Source: a virus (Duplodnaviria > Caudoviricetes). Taken from it: DNA of 64,000 nucleotides. The stretch is from the IMG/VR virus record IMGVR_UViG_3300031867_000002, positions 32,001 through 96,000 of that record; one strand, written 5' to 3'. The notes below the pieces were generated by a model that made no database searches, was not told the DNA's origin, and worked only from the letters and a program-made list of their open reading frames with translations. Shown piece after piece: positions 29,333 to 39,200 of the stretch. The position numbers and the translations under genes were made by a program. Each line of letters starts with the position of its first letter. Within the stretch, counting starts at the first letter, position 1.

Positions 29333-31463
29333 TAGAATTAATATAATTTAGATATGCTTGTTGGTCAATTCTAGGCACATATACAAACAGACCATTTGAA
29401 GACATATCTTCTTCTTGTTTATATGATTTACTAGGCTCTATGAATTTATCTGTATCTTCCATTTCACCATTCTTTAACATCATGAAGTGTGAGTATAGCA
29501 TATCAAAATCTTTAACATCAAACTTTATACCATATCTTATGCTATAATCATGTGCTAAGCGTTCTTCTTTACTACCACTAGGGTCATAGAGTCTAGTATA
29601 CATATCCGAGTATCTAGAAATACCATTGAGTTGATTAATCATATTACTCATAACATTTCCGAACTCCTTTCTTTTTATTTTTGCTCTGAGTTGTTTCTCT
29701 GGACACATAGCATTAATATTGGTAATGCCATTAATTTTTGTAGGCTGAGTTCTCCAATATACATCATATAACGGTTTAGTTCCATCATCATATAATGCAA
29801 CTGGGTTCTGCTCTTGCGGAACCTCTTCTTTTTGCCCCTCAAGAATAGGAACTCGTTTACTGTTATCAGGAAGCGGTACATTTGTATCTTCTTCACATTC
29901 TACTTTCTTATGAGACAAGTCTAATAAGAATGCTGGTTCATTAGCATTAACATCATTAACCAATTTAATACCATCAATGCTATCATAAGGATGATAAACT
30001 CCATAGCTATAATTGAGAGGTTTGATATTAGGTGTATATCTCTGCTTTACAAGCTGAATAGTCAGATACTTTTCATTTGTACTTTTAACCATAGACGGCA
30101 TGATAATGAAAGCTGCATCAAGATTATTAAGAATAAGCATAGACTCACCTAAATTACTTCTATCAATTGCTCCCAAAAGATTAAGACTACCCTTATTTCT
30201 CAATTCATCAACCTTTTTATTTGCTTCTCTATTCAACTGACCTGCTGTAAGAATCGGAATATCCATAGTAGATGCAATTGTCTTGAATTCATTGATAATT
30301 GAACCGAGTCTAAGACGTTCTTCTGAAGCAGAAAAAGATTCTACAGAACGAATTACATTGATATAGTCAACGATATAACAAATAACCTCGTAGTTATATT
30401 CTGCGAGTTCATCTGCTAATTCATACAGATATGCTGTTGTAACAGTATTACTCGGCTTATACTTGATAATGATATCAATCGGGTTATCATCTGTAACCTT
30501 AAGACCACTTTCTCTCATCATCTTGATGCTATCTTCTGCATCATAATCAATCATTCTACCCTTACCAGTAGACATAGAGAACAAACGAGTGAAAGTTTCT
30601 CTCTTCGTATTTTCAAGTGTCAAGTATACCACAGCAGGCTTCTTGGTGGGGTCTTTTGTTTTATACTTCTTATTGAAATCTTTAATCTGAGTTGCAAAGT
30701 TAAGTAATGTAGTAGACTTACCTTCACCCTGAAGACCAAAGAATCCGTATACACGACCATTCTCAAATCCACCACCGAGAAGACAATTCATTGCATACAT
30801 ACCAGTAGCAAGTCTAGAAGAAGAATTAGAAATATATGCATGTGTATCCTTAGCATAATCTTCAAAGATTCCTTCTCTAAGAGATACGAACTCCTCTTCA
30901 GCTTTATTAACCTTATTGTTTCTAATCATTGTGTTACAAGTAGCAATTTGTTGTTTCCACTGGTCAATAATCTGTTTCTTCTGATAAGAATTAGCATTAT
31001 CAAAATCTTTACCAAAGTTATCAAAAGAATGAATATATGCAGCAAACGAAGCACTATCTAATAAATTAGATACCGTTTCATCTACATAGGTTACATCCTT
31101 ATTAGACATTTCTTGTAGATTAATATTATAACGTCCAGCATGATTTACATCATTAGAAAAGATATAGTCTTTAACTTGTGCTCCATTAACAAGTCCAAAT
31201 CTGATTCTTGCATCGAGTCCAAATCTAATAAAGTCTAATCTTTCAATATCTGATTCAGTCTTATAATCTTCCATATTAATAAGACTAATAAGAGTTTCTA
31301 TATTAGCATATCCTTTAGTTCTGATACTACGGTTATCAGAGATGAGATAAGAACAAATTAAGTCTAATAATACATAGCTAAGTTTCTGAGTTAAAATTCT
31401 AATAGGTTCAGAGCTATGATTTGTATTGATATTATTATATCGTCTTGAAATTTTCATTAGCAA
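29322..31463 (-). CDS. DnaB-like replicative helicase
   Basis: LGGGFENGRVY, Walker A GLQGEGKST, YLTLEN, IVDYI, TAGQLNR and LGES; TTG start with GGGAGG. Confidence 0.88.
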   Translation of the reverse strand: MLMKISRRYNNINTNHSSEPIRILTQKLSYVLLDLICSYLISDNRSIRTKGYANIETLISLINMEDYKTESDIERLDFIRFGLDARIRFGLVNGAQVKDYIFSNDVNHAGRYNINLQEMSNKDVTYVDETVSNLLDSASFAAYIHSFDNFGKDFDNANSYQKKQIIDQWKQQIATCNTMIRNNKVNKAEEEFVSLREGIFEDYAKDTHAYISNSSSRLATGMYAMNCLLGGGFENGRVYGFFGLQGEGKSTTLLNFATQIKDFNKKYKTKDPTKKPAVVYLTLENTKRETFTRLFSMSTGKGRMIDYDAEDSIKMMRESGLKVTDDNPIDIIIKYKPSNTVTTAYLYELADELAEYNYEVICYIVDYINVIRSVESFSASEERLRLGSIINEFKTIASTMDIPILTAGQLNREANKKVDELRNKGSLNLLGAIDRSNLGESMLILNNLDAAFIIMPSMVKSTNEKYLTIQLVKQRYTPNIKPLNYSYGVYHPYDSIDGIKLVNDVNANEPAFLLDLSHKKVECEEDTNVPLPDNSKRVPILEGQKEEVPQEQNPVALYDDGTKPLYDVYWRTQPTKINGITNINAMCPEKQLRAKIKRKEFGNVMSNMINQLNGISRYSDMYTRLYDPSGSKEERLAHDYSIRYGIKFDVKDFDMLYSHFMMLKNGEMEDTDKFIEPSKSYKQEEDMSSNGLFVYVPRIDQQAYLNYINSINN

Positions 31464-31585
31464 ACAACCTCCCTGTACGTAAGTTCCTTTAAGTGATTGT
31501 TTGCATAGTAGTAGTTTAATACAAAATTCGTCACTCAGAGTACTTATTTCGTAAGCTGATGAAAGAGAGTGAATAAATCACTCTC

Positions 31586-32698
31586 TTATAACGAGCCAAG
31601 AATTTCCATTAGTTCATCTATAGATATAAATGTTTCTCCTTTAGATTGATTTACATATTGGACAAAGATTTCTTGTGGGCTCATATTATTATCTAAGATA
31701 TAACTATACTCAGAGAATTTATCATCATTCTTTTGATTCTCTTGTATAGTTTGTTTAAAACCACTATCATCTATATCAATGATGATATCGGTCTTATTTG
31801 AAAAATACTGTTTTATTACATCAGTTGTAGCATTAACTTCTGAGAATCTAATCTTTATAAAGTCAATACCTTGAGATTTTAAATACAAGATATGTTGTAT
31901 AATATCTTTAGGCTCGCTGTTTAACATATCATCTAAATTGACAGTATCATATCTAAAAGATTCTATAGTTTCAAAGTGTACATAATACTGATGTGATTCT
32001 GGCTGATAAACACAAATAATAAATCCTTTATCTTGTTCTTCTCCAAACTTCCATCTTAATGGAGAACCAGAATAATATATATGATTTTGATAACATCCAG
32101 CAACGTGTACATGACCACATAATATAGGACCATTACATCTAGCAAAACAATGTATATCAAAAGTAGGATTCTTAGGAGCATTTAAATCCGCTTGATTCAT
32201 TCCGTATATAGCTCCTTTTATATTACCATGCATAGCAACCATATCATATTCTCCAGAAAAGAATAAAGCATTCTCATAATACTCATATCCTTTACCATAT
32301 TCTTCTGGAATACATAATACTTTAGTACCTTTAATATTTTCAAATTGCATGTGTTCTACTATCCTAATATCTACACCAGAATTGATATATCTATAGAACA
32401 GTTTTAATTGGTCTGCATCATGAGAATAAGTTCCGTGAAGTAATACTAAAGTAGCATTATTCTGTATACATAACTTTACTATCTCATCAACGAATAATAA
32501 AGCATACATGATTACATCTGAATTAGACATAAACTTGTGATGGAAAAGGTCACCATTAATAAAGAAAGCGTCAAAGTGAATTGGTCTAATCTTATTAACA
32601 AGTCTTTCCATTAATAAGTCATATTGAATCTTTGGGTCCATAGCACCAAAATGAATATCGGCGGTATGAATCTCTATAAGCGGTTGATTAACGTACAT
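31586..32698 (-). CDS. SbcD/Mre11-like metallophosphoesterase nuclease
   Basis: ADIHFG, GDLFH, GTYSHD, MHG, GHVH and YSGSP. Confidence 0.87.
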   Translation of the reverse strand: MYVNQPLIEIHTADIHFGAMDPKIQYDLLMERLVNKIRPIHFDAFFINGDLFHHKFMSNSDVIMYALLFVDEIVKLCIQNNATLVLLHGTYSHDADQLKLFYRYINSGVDIRIVEHMQFENIKGTKVLCIPEEYGKGYEYYENALFFSGEYDMVAMHGNIKGAIYGMNQADLNAPKNPTFDIHCFARCNGPILCGHVHVAGCYQNHIYYSGSPLRWKFGEEQDKGFIICVYQPESHQYYVHFETIESFRYDTVNLDDMLNSEPKDIIQHILYLKSQGIDFIKIRFSEVNATTDVIKQYFSNKTDIIIDIDDSGFKQTIQENQKNDDKFSEYSYILDNNMSPQEIFVQYVNQSKGETFISIDELMEILGSL

Positions 32699-32757
32699 AA
32701 CAAGACCTCCTAAAAATATATTAATTGAAAGTTTCAGATTAAGTAATTATATATTTG

Positions 32758-32860
32758 TATATTATTATAGTGAATAGTAGAGGTCAGACAATGCTATTCT
32801 GAAACTCCACGAGGATATGGAGAATATAATACGTTTGCTTTTGAAAGGAGCTATTTTGTT
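32758..32860 (+). repeat. Early promoter plus conserved structured 5' leader, copy 1 (copy 2 at 62147-62248)
   Basis: TAGTAGAGGTCAGACAATGCTATTCTGAAACTCCACGAGGATATGGAGAATAT...GCTTTTGAAAGGAGCTAT. Confidence 0.85.
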
Positions 32861-33313
32861 ATGATTACAACATCTGAAAAAAGAGCCAATAAGATAATTT
32901 TCCAAATCTCTGAGAATGAGAAAAAAATCTTTGAGAAAAAGAAAACTATCGAAAAACTCAAAAAAGAGTACGAAGAGATAGAAAAGAAAATGTATGAACT
33001 TAAAACACAAGTAGAATATGCAGAACAAGAAGTTAGTTGCATTGAAGAAGTTAATGAAAATTACAGAAAAGAATTAAGGTTGCAAAGAATGCAATCTTCT
33101 GCTGAAAAATTCTGTGAAGTTTTCATAGAAAAACAAGAAGGTCATAATCTGGCAAAATGGGACATTTTAACTAGGTTTATGGAAATCTATGGCAAAGATA
33201 TAATTAATACAAATGACTCAAGAGAAACAAAACGTTTCTTTTTGAGAATTACAAAATGCTTAGGAAATCCTCGTGAGGGAGTTTATATTGGGTACAAACT
33301 TGATATAGACTAA
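32861..33313 (+). CDS. Coiled-coil hypothetical protein (early cassette gene)
   Basis: AAAGGAG RBS; terminator at 33319-33355. Confidence 0.78.
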   Translation: MITTSEKRANKIIFQISENEKKIFEKKKTIEKLKKEYEEIEKKMYELKTQVEYAEQEVSCIEEVNENYRKELRLQRMQSSAEKFCEVFIEKQEGHNLAKWDILTRFMEIYGKDIINTNDSRETKRFFLRITKCLGNPREGVYIGYKLDID

Positions 33314-33399
33314 TCTTAAAAAGAAACCGTGCTGTAGCCTCACGGTTTCTTTTTCCTAATTTTACATAATCTATAACACTTACATAAGGAGGTGATATT

Positions 33400-34206
33400 A
33401 TGGATAATCCAACATATCTTTCTTTTGATTCTGGCATTACGGATGATAGAATTTATGCACATAGAGGAGATATATTTATCTGTAATGGACTATTCAAAGA
33501 ATTAGATACAATAGATAAGGATGACCATATATTAGGAAAATCTACAAGACCAGTTCTAATTATTTCTGATGATGAATACAATAGAGATATCGTAAAAGTA
33601 TTAGCATTCTCTTCTAAAGAAGGTTCTGGATATCAAGACTCTATTAACTCTTACAGAAGCATTAGGGTCCCTGGAGTTAATAACAATCCAAACCCAAGTT
33701 ATATTGATGTGTCTCAGGTATTTACTATAAATACATATCAATTAAAAGTCAAGTTAGGACATGCTTCTCAAGATATTGTAGATGCAGCTGTGGCTTTACA
33801 TACTTTACAAAATATAAATCAGAATAGTATTAGTACAATGATGAAAGTATTAAGAGATAGATTCCCAAATGCACAAGCATTTAAACAGAATAATACTGGA
33901 GTTGTTGTTAGTACAAAAAGCATGAGTATGATAGATAATATGAGAAGTCCATTTACTGATGTATTTACTAGTGTACAAAGAGTTAATGAAGAAGATTTGT
34001 TATGTGAAATCAAGAGTACCTTAAAAGAACCAGAAACTAAAGATGATGCATATGTGTTATATCAAGAGTGGTTATTAATGGGTACTGATTCATTCAGAAA
34101 TAAATATGGTTTGAGTAGGCAACAATATTATACACTTAGAGATAAGTGTGTAAATAAAATGTTGGGTAAGGTAAGTAACTTTAAGAAATACGACTGGTCG
34201 ACATAA
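33400..34206 (+). CDS. MazF/PemK-family domain fused to a C-terminal extension with possible HTH
   Basis: RGDIF, GK.TRPVLIISDDEYN, V..FSSK, SYIDVSQVFTI and L..KLG; late promoter at 33375. Confidence 0.78.
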   Translation: MDNPTYLSFDSGITDDRIYAHRGDIFICNGLFKELDTIDKDDHILGKSTRPVLIISDDEYNRDIVKVLAFSSKEGSGYQDSINSYRSIRVPGVNNNPNPSYIDVSQVFTINTYQLKVKLGHASQDIVDAAVALHTLQNINQNSISTMMKVLRDRFPNAQAFKQNNTGVVVSTKSMSMIDNMRSPFTDVFTSVQRVNEEDLLCEIKSTLKEPETKDDAYVLYQEWLLMGTDSFRNKYGLSRQQYYTLRDKCVNKMLGKVSNFKKYDWST

Positions 34207-34411
34207 ACAGAGAGTCTATATGACTCTCTGCAATTCTTTTTGTTTTTATCTATATATTATTATTGTGATAGTGAGTGTGATATGATAAAGATATCATGCT
34301 GGGTTGCCACTATTGCTCTATGATACGAGGGTAAACTATCCATCGAAATGGGACGATGATATTTCCCTAGCAGGCAAATTCCTGTGAATAAAAGGAAGGG
34401 TGGAGTCTATT

Positions 34412-35107
34412 ATGGCTACCATTAAAGTAAAATGTGGGATTAATAATCCTAAATGCTCTCCGAGAATTTTCGAAATTGAATCACTTGATTTCGAGAGGTC
34501 TCATATGACTAATCAGCAGCTTGAGTTGAATGCAAAGTTGCTGTGCATCCTCTCTAATTGCACTACGATACTCAGAGGAAGAGATACTAATCGTACAATT
34601 GCTGACATTACAATTGCTGATAACAACAGCATATTCTACAGAATTATGAGTATTACAAAGCTCATAAAAGCTATCGATAATTTTAAGCCATTTAACTTAC
34701 CGCTCGATTATATTCGTGCGGTTAATGACTGCCTCTACAAAACGGAAAATGAAAGAGCTTTCAGTTCGTCGCAGTGGAAAACATTAATAGGGAAAACCAG
34801 ACATCTTCAGTTATGCACAGCACAAAAAATTTCAGAAGTATTTATCGATGGTCTGACTACAGTATACAATAGAGATAATGATAAAACTATTCTTGTACCA
34901 ACATCAAGCGTTATCAAAACATTTAATATTACTGAAAAAGAACTCTATTATGGAGTTAGTATTAAGTGCAACGATGAAGAGCTTATATTGTGCGAGCAAG
35001 AATTGGAAAATCTTACTCTTGAGATTGATGAAGTGGTAAGACATAAACCCGACATCGAACTATTTGATTCTGCGATGATTGGCGTTATCGCAGCTTTCAT
35101 GGAATAA
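34412..35107 (+). CDS. Hypothetical protein (early cassette gene)
   Basis: Early motif at 34253, ~145-nt structured leader, terminator at 35197-35231. Confidence 0.75.
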   Translation: MATIKVKCGINNPKCSPRIFEIESLDFERSHMTNQQLELNAKLLCILSNCTTILRGRDTNRTIADITIADNNSIFYRIMSITKLIKAIDNFKPFNLPLDYIRAVNDCLYKTENERAFSSSQWKTLIGKTRHLQLCTAQKISEVFIDGLTTVYNRDNDKTILVPTSSVIKTFNITEKELYYGVSIKCNDEELILCEQELENLTLEIDEVVRHKPDIELFDSAMIGVIAAFME

Positions 35108-35283
35108 AATTCCTACTCATAACTCATAAGTAAAGACTACAGTGAGCAAGGTAGATATTACTTAGAGTTAAAATCTTAAAACCCATCACAATGGATAAGA
35201 AGGCTGCGTCGACAAGCAGCCTTCTTTTTTGTCTGTCTAGCGGAACTTTAATATAAAACCAATATTTGAAGGAGGGAGTTATA

Positions 35284-36219
35284 ATGCCAAAAACGTATAA
35301 TAACACGTTTATATATACTAAGTTTCCATATGAAGAACATATCTTTCGTTTTCTAATCAATGCAGATAGAATAGATAAAGATAGTCCTAAGTTTGAAGAT
35401 GTAAAATATGAATTTAAGAAAAGACAAGTTAATAATGGCTTGTTAAAAGTATTGTGTTCCAAGAATGTAATTCTGTTACAATCTCAGGCTCAGCCACTTA
35501 ATACTCAGTTTAGGGTAATCTGTTCTAGAGACCCTAAGTTTAAATCTAATACTGATTACAAAGTATTCATTGATTGTACTGGACTTATTGTAAATGATAA
35601 GGATGGTAATTATAAATGCCGTAGTATTGATATTCTAATTTCTCATGTTATTAATGCTATGGTTACTATGATTTATCATAAAGCTGAAAAAGAAGTATTA
35701 TCCACTTATCTTGTTAAGAATACTATGACTGCTTTCTCTGCTTTGTTTACACATGTAATCGATTACTTAGCAAAGATTTCTGTAATCTCTTCTACTAAGT
35801 CTAAATGTCAATTCTTATCATGTATGTACTTTGTAGAGAATATACTTCAAAAGGAATTCAATGAAGGATACCAACATATGGCTGGCTCCATTTGTAATCT
35901 ATCAGATAGAGAACAAGAGATGATTATGGTACAATGTGATGAAAAAGACTTTGATAATATTAAAGCCTTCGTTTCTAAACTTTCAGACATTATTAAAGTA
36001 CCATCTCTTAAAGTAGATAATATTATTGATAAGTGGATGTATCTCTATGGTACTAACACTGTATTTGCTCTTGAGTATTATCCAGCTTTGTCTGCTATGC
36101 TTACAGATGCATATTGTGGAGCTTATATAAATAATCAAAAGACTATTGAAAAGGTTGTAGGTAATACACTAGTAGAATATTCTAAAGATATTATTTCTAA
36201 AGGTGGAGGTATGGTATGA
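35284..36219 (+). CDS. Putative virion structural protein
   Basis: Late promoter variant and AGGAGG RBS; 4-nt overlap with the 1771-aa gene. Confidence 0.65.
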   Translation: MPKTYNNTFIYTKFPYEEHIFRFLINADRIDKDSPKFEDVKYEFKKRQVNNGLLKVLCSKNVILLQSQAQPLNTQFRVICSRDPKFKSNTDYKVFIDCTGLIVNDKDGNYKCRSIDILISHVINAMVTMIYHKAEKEVLSTYLVKNTMTAFSALFTHVIDYLAKISVISSTKSKCQFLSCMYFVENILQKEFNEGYQHMAGSICNLSDREQEMIMVQCDEKDFDNIKAFVSKLSDIIKVPSLKVDNIIDKWMYLYGTNTVFALEYYPALSAMLTDAYCGAYINNQKTIEKVVGNTLVEYSKDIISKGGGMV

Positions 36220-39200
36220 GTACTTATCTTGAAGATGCTCAAGGTAAAATCGTATCTAATCCTATTAATGAAACCAATACTAAGTACGCATATACTCCTA
36301 AGAATGAAGATAATGTTAAGGATGCAAATAACCATCCTATAGACTATCAATATATGTATAATGATGATGAACCAGTTAGCAATATAGATACTGATGTGTT
36401 CTCAAGTTATCGTAATAAGACTGAAGAACTAAGAACAAAGACAGAGAGTTATTATGAAGCTCTTGAATCTTGTTTAGTTCCAGCTGAAATTCCAGGTATG
36501 GCATTTCAACCTTGGGAGTATAGAAAAGATAAGGATGAAGATGGAAATGATATACTGACTAAGATTAAGTCTCTTCAGTATTTCTTCCAAGACCATCCTT
36601 CTAATATAGGCTCTGATGCTAAAGAATTTGTTTTTCGTACTAATAAGGTAAAGTTTGTTGATGACAGACATCGTAGATTAATCTATGATAGAAAGATTCA
36701 TATTATGGCTTTACAAGAAGACGAAGATAATAAAGTATCTTTTAAAGATGTATTGCTTCGTACATTCTTTACCTATTATAATAATCAGTATTGGTGTAAT
36801 GTAAGAAATCTTAATGGTGTTCAGTATACGATTAATAACCTTATGTCTAGCATTATAACAGCTAATACTAAAACTAAAGATAATGAAAAACTAGTTGTAC
36901 TAGTTGAAAATGAAGAAACTGGTGATATGGAAGAAAAAGTAGTAGAATCTGTATTAGACTTTGATTATGTAATGCAATCTGGTCAAGATATAAATACTAC
37001 AATTCCAAGCACTGTATATAACTTATATAACATTGGTTGGATTCACGCATCTATGATATTCTTAAATGGATTAGCAATTCAATGGACTAAAGCAATTATA
37101 TCTGTAGATAATATAGATACATTTGTTATAGTATCTGGTCTAGATGAACCACTATCAAGTTATATAGATAATGAAAAAGAAATTACTATGGAATACATTC
37201 ATATTCCTTTCAAGTGTATCTATACAGTAGGTATAGAAAATGCTTCTAATATGAATTGTCCATATAGAGAATTTCTAAACTCAACTAAGACTAAATTTGA
37301 TACAGTACCATTTATGTTTGATAGACGATATGGTGCTATATTACAAGTCTCAGATTATTATAAGAGTGCTACATCTCATAACACTTATTATGATAGAGTA
37401 ATTTGTGTAGACCCTAATATTAAATTTGCTGAGTTTTATCTTAATGAGGGTAATATTAAAAGTAACGAATTTTATCTTCCTGATATCGGTATACAATATA
37501 ATCAAGACTTTAGAGATTTCTGTAATAATGATTATAGATGTAAACTTAAACAGTTTAACTTTATAGGATTTGAACTCAATAAAGATATTAATGAAGAATT
37601 CGGCGCTAATTCCTTATTGACATTAAAGAATGATGACTTTAAAGTAACTTGGCACCCATTCAATATTTTAGACATCAGATTCAAACGTCTATATAATAAC
37701 AGACGTCTATTTAAAGTATTCTACAATACTAAAGTTTTATATGACCAAGATAATATTCTTCGTATTAAAAATCATGATAAACTTGCAGATGAGTATGAAA
37801 AGTATAGACAAGATGTAACTGCCAATATTGAAACTTATCTCAATGAAGTTTATTTACTTGCTAAGAAAGATATTGGTACTTATATTAATATGAATAAGAA
37901 GACTTATACTTATGGATACAAATATCATTATGTAACTCCATATGAATGCTTCTTATTGTTTAATGCTATACATGGTTTACTTGGTAGACAAACAGTATCA
38001 TTTGATGAGTTTAGAAAACTAAACGTAATCAATTATGAAATCCACAAGAAATCCTCTGATGACGGAGGAGGAGGAGGTGGAGGTGGTGGAGGAGGAACTG
38101 GAGACGGTTTTGATTATATATATCCAGAATATATATATGATGAGCCAGACGATGATGATTATCCAGATGATACACCTTCTTCAGATACTGACGATGATGA
38201 TGAACCGAAAATAGATACAGAACACTATGTAGGATATATGCGTGGTGGATTTGTAGTCTATGATGATGACCATAATTTCTTTAGCGAAATGGTTAAAGAA
38301 AAAACATTGTTCGATAACGAAGGAAATCTTAATGTAGATATAAGAGCATTTTGGGAAACTATTATAGCTCTTGATAGTGTTGCTTATTTAACAGATTTCT
38401 TAATTCCTATAGATGATGTAAGAAATAAAGAAGATGACGAACCAGTATCTAGTAATCTATTCTATATGTATAATGGAGACAACAAAGGTAAGATTGAACC
38501 ATATTCTAAATATATGACTGGTTATTCTTTTGTACAAGAATATGATGATGTATCTTATGACTTCCTTAAACTTAGATTTGAAATGTCTTATCTAAACAAT
38601 ATGGAAGAAGGAGCAACTCCAGTAGATGAATTTATTTATTACTTTGATAATGATAACTTCTTGAAAGCTAATGCTGCTCCAGTTGTATCTTCTTACGATA
38701 AACGGTATACAACAAACTTATTAAATGCATTAGCATATAATGTATTTAAATCAGACCCACATCTAGTATTAGAGAGTATACTGAAATTAAATTACTCTGC
38801 TGACTATATACTTCCTAAGTCATTACCTGTTAATACAAGTAGGGATAATATAATTACTTCATCAGAAACCAATTCTATATATTCAGATTATCATAAAGAC
38901 CCAAGATATTTCTATAACTTTGGTTATTACGATAATGCTACACCTCATAAGCTTGTATCAGAATGGGGTCTTAGACGTAATCTTCCAGAAATGTTCTATT
39001 GGGCATTAGAGGAAGATGAGTATACTATAGATAGTATGCATCTCTTAGATGAAGTATTTGATTTCACATACGGGTTTGATAAATCTTATGAAGAGAATCT
39101 GTTTGGTCAAGGTGATAAAACTAAAGGTATGAACTATATTATCGGTTATGATGCTGATAAAATAGAAGCTACTATAAAACGTGGTATTACATCATTCTCT

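Noticed and set aside
31555-31590. CTGATGA followed by a hairpin, resembling a hammerhead ribozyme core
   Set aside because: No GAAA follows the stem and stems I/III cannot be formed. The hairpin is better explained as the sbcD-like gene's terminator.
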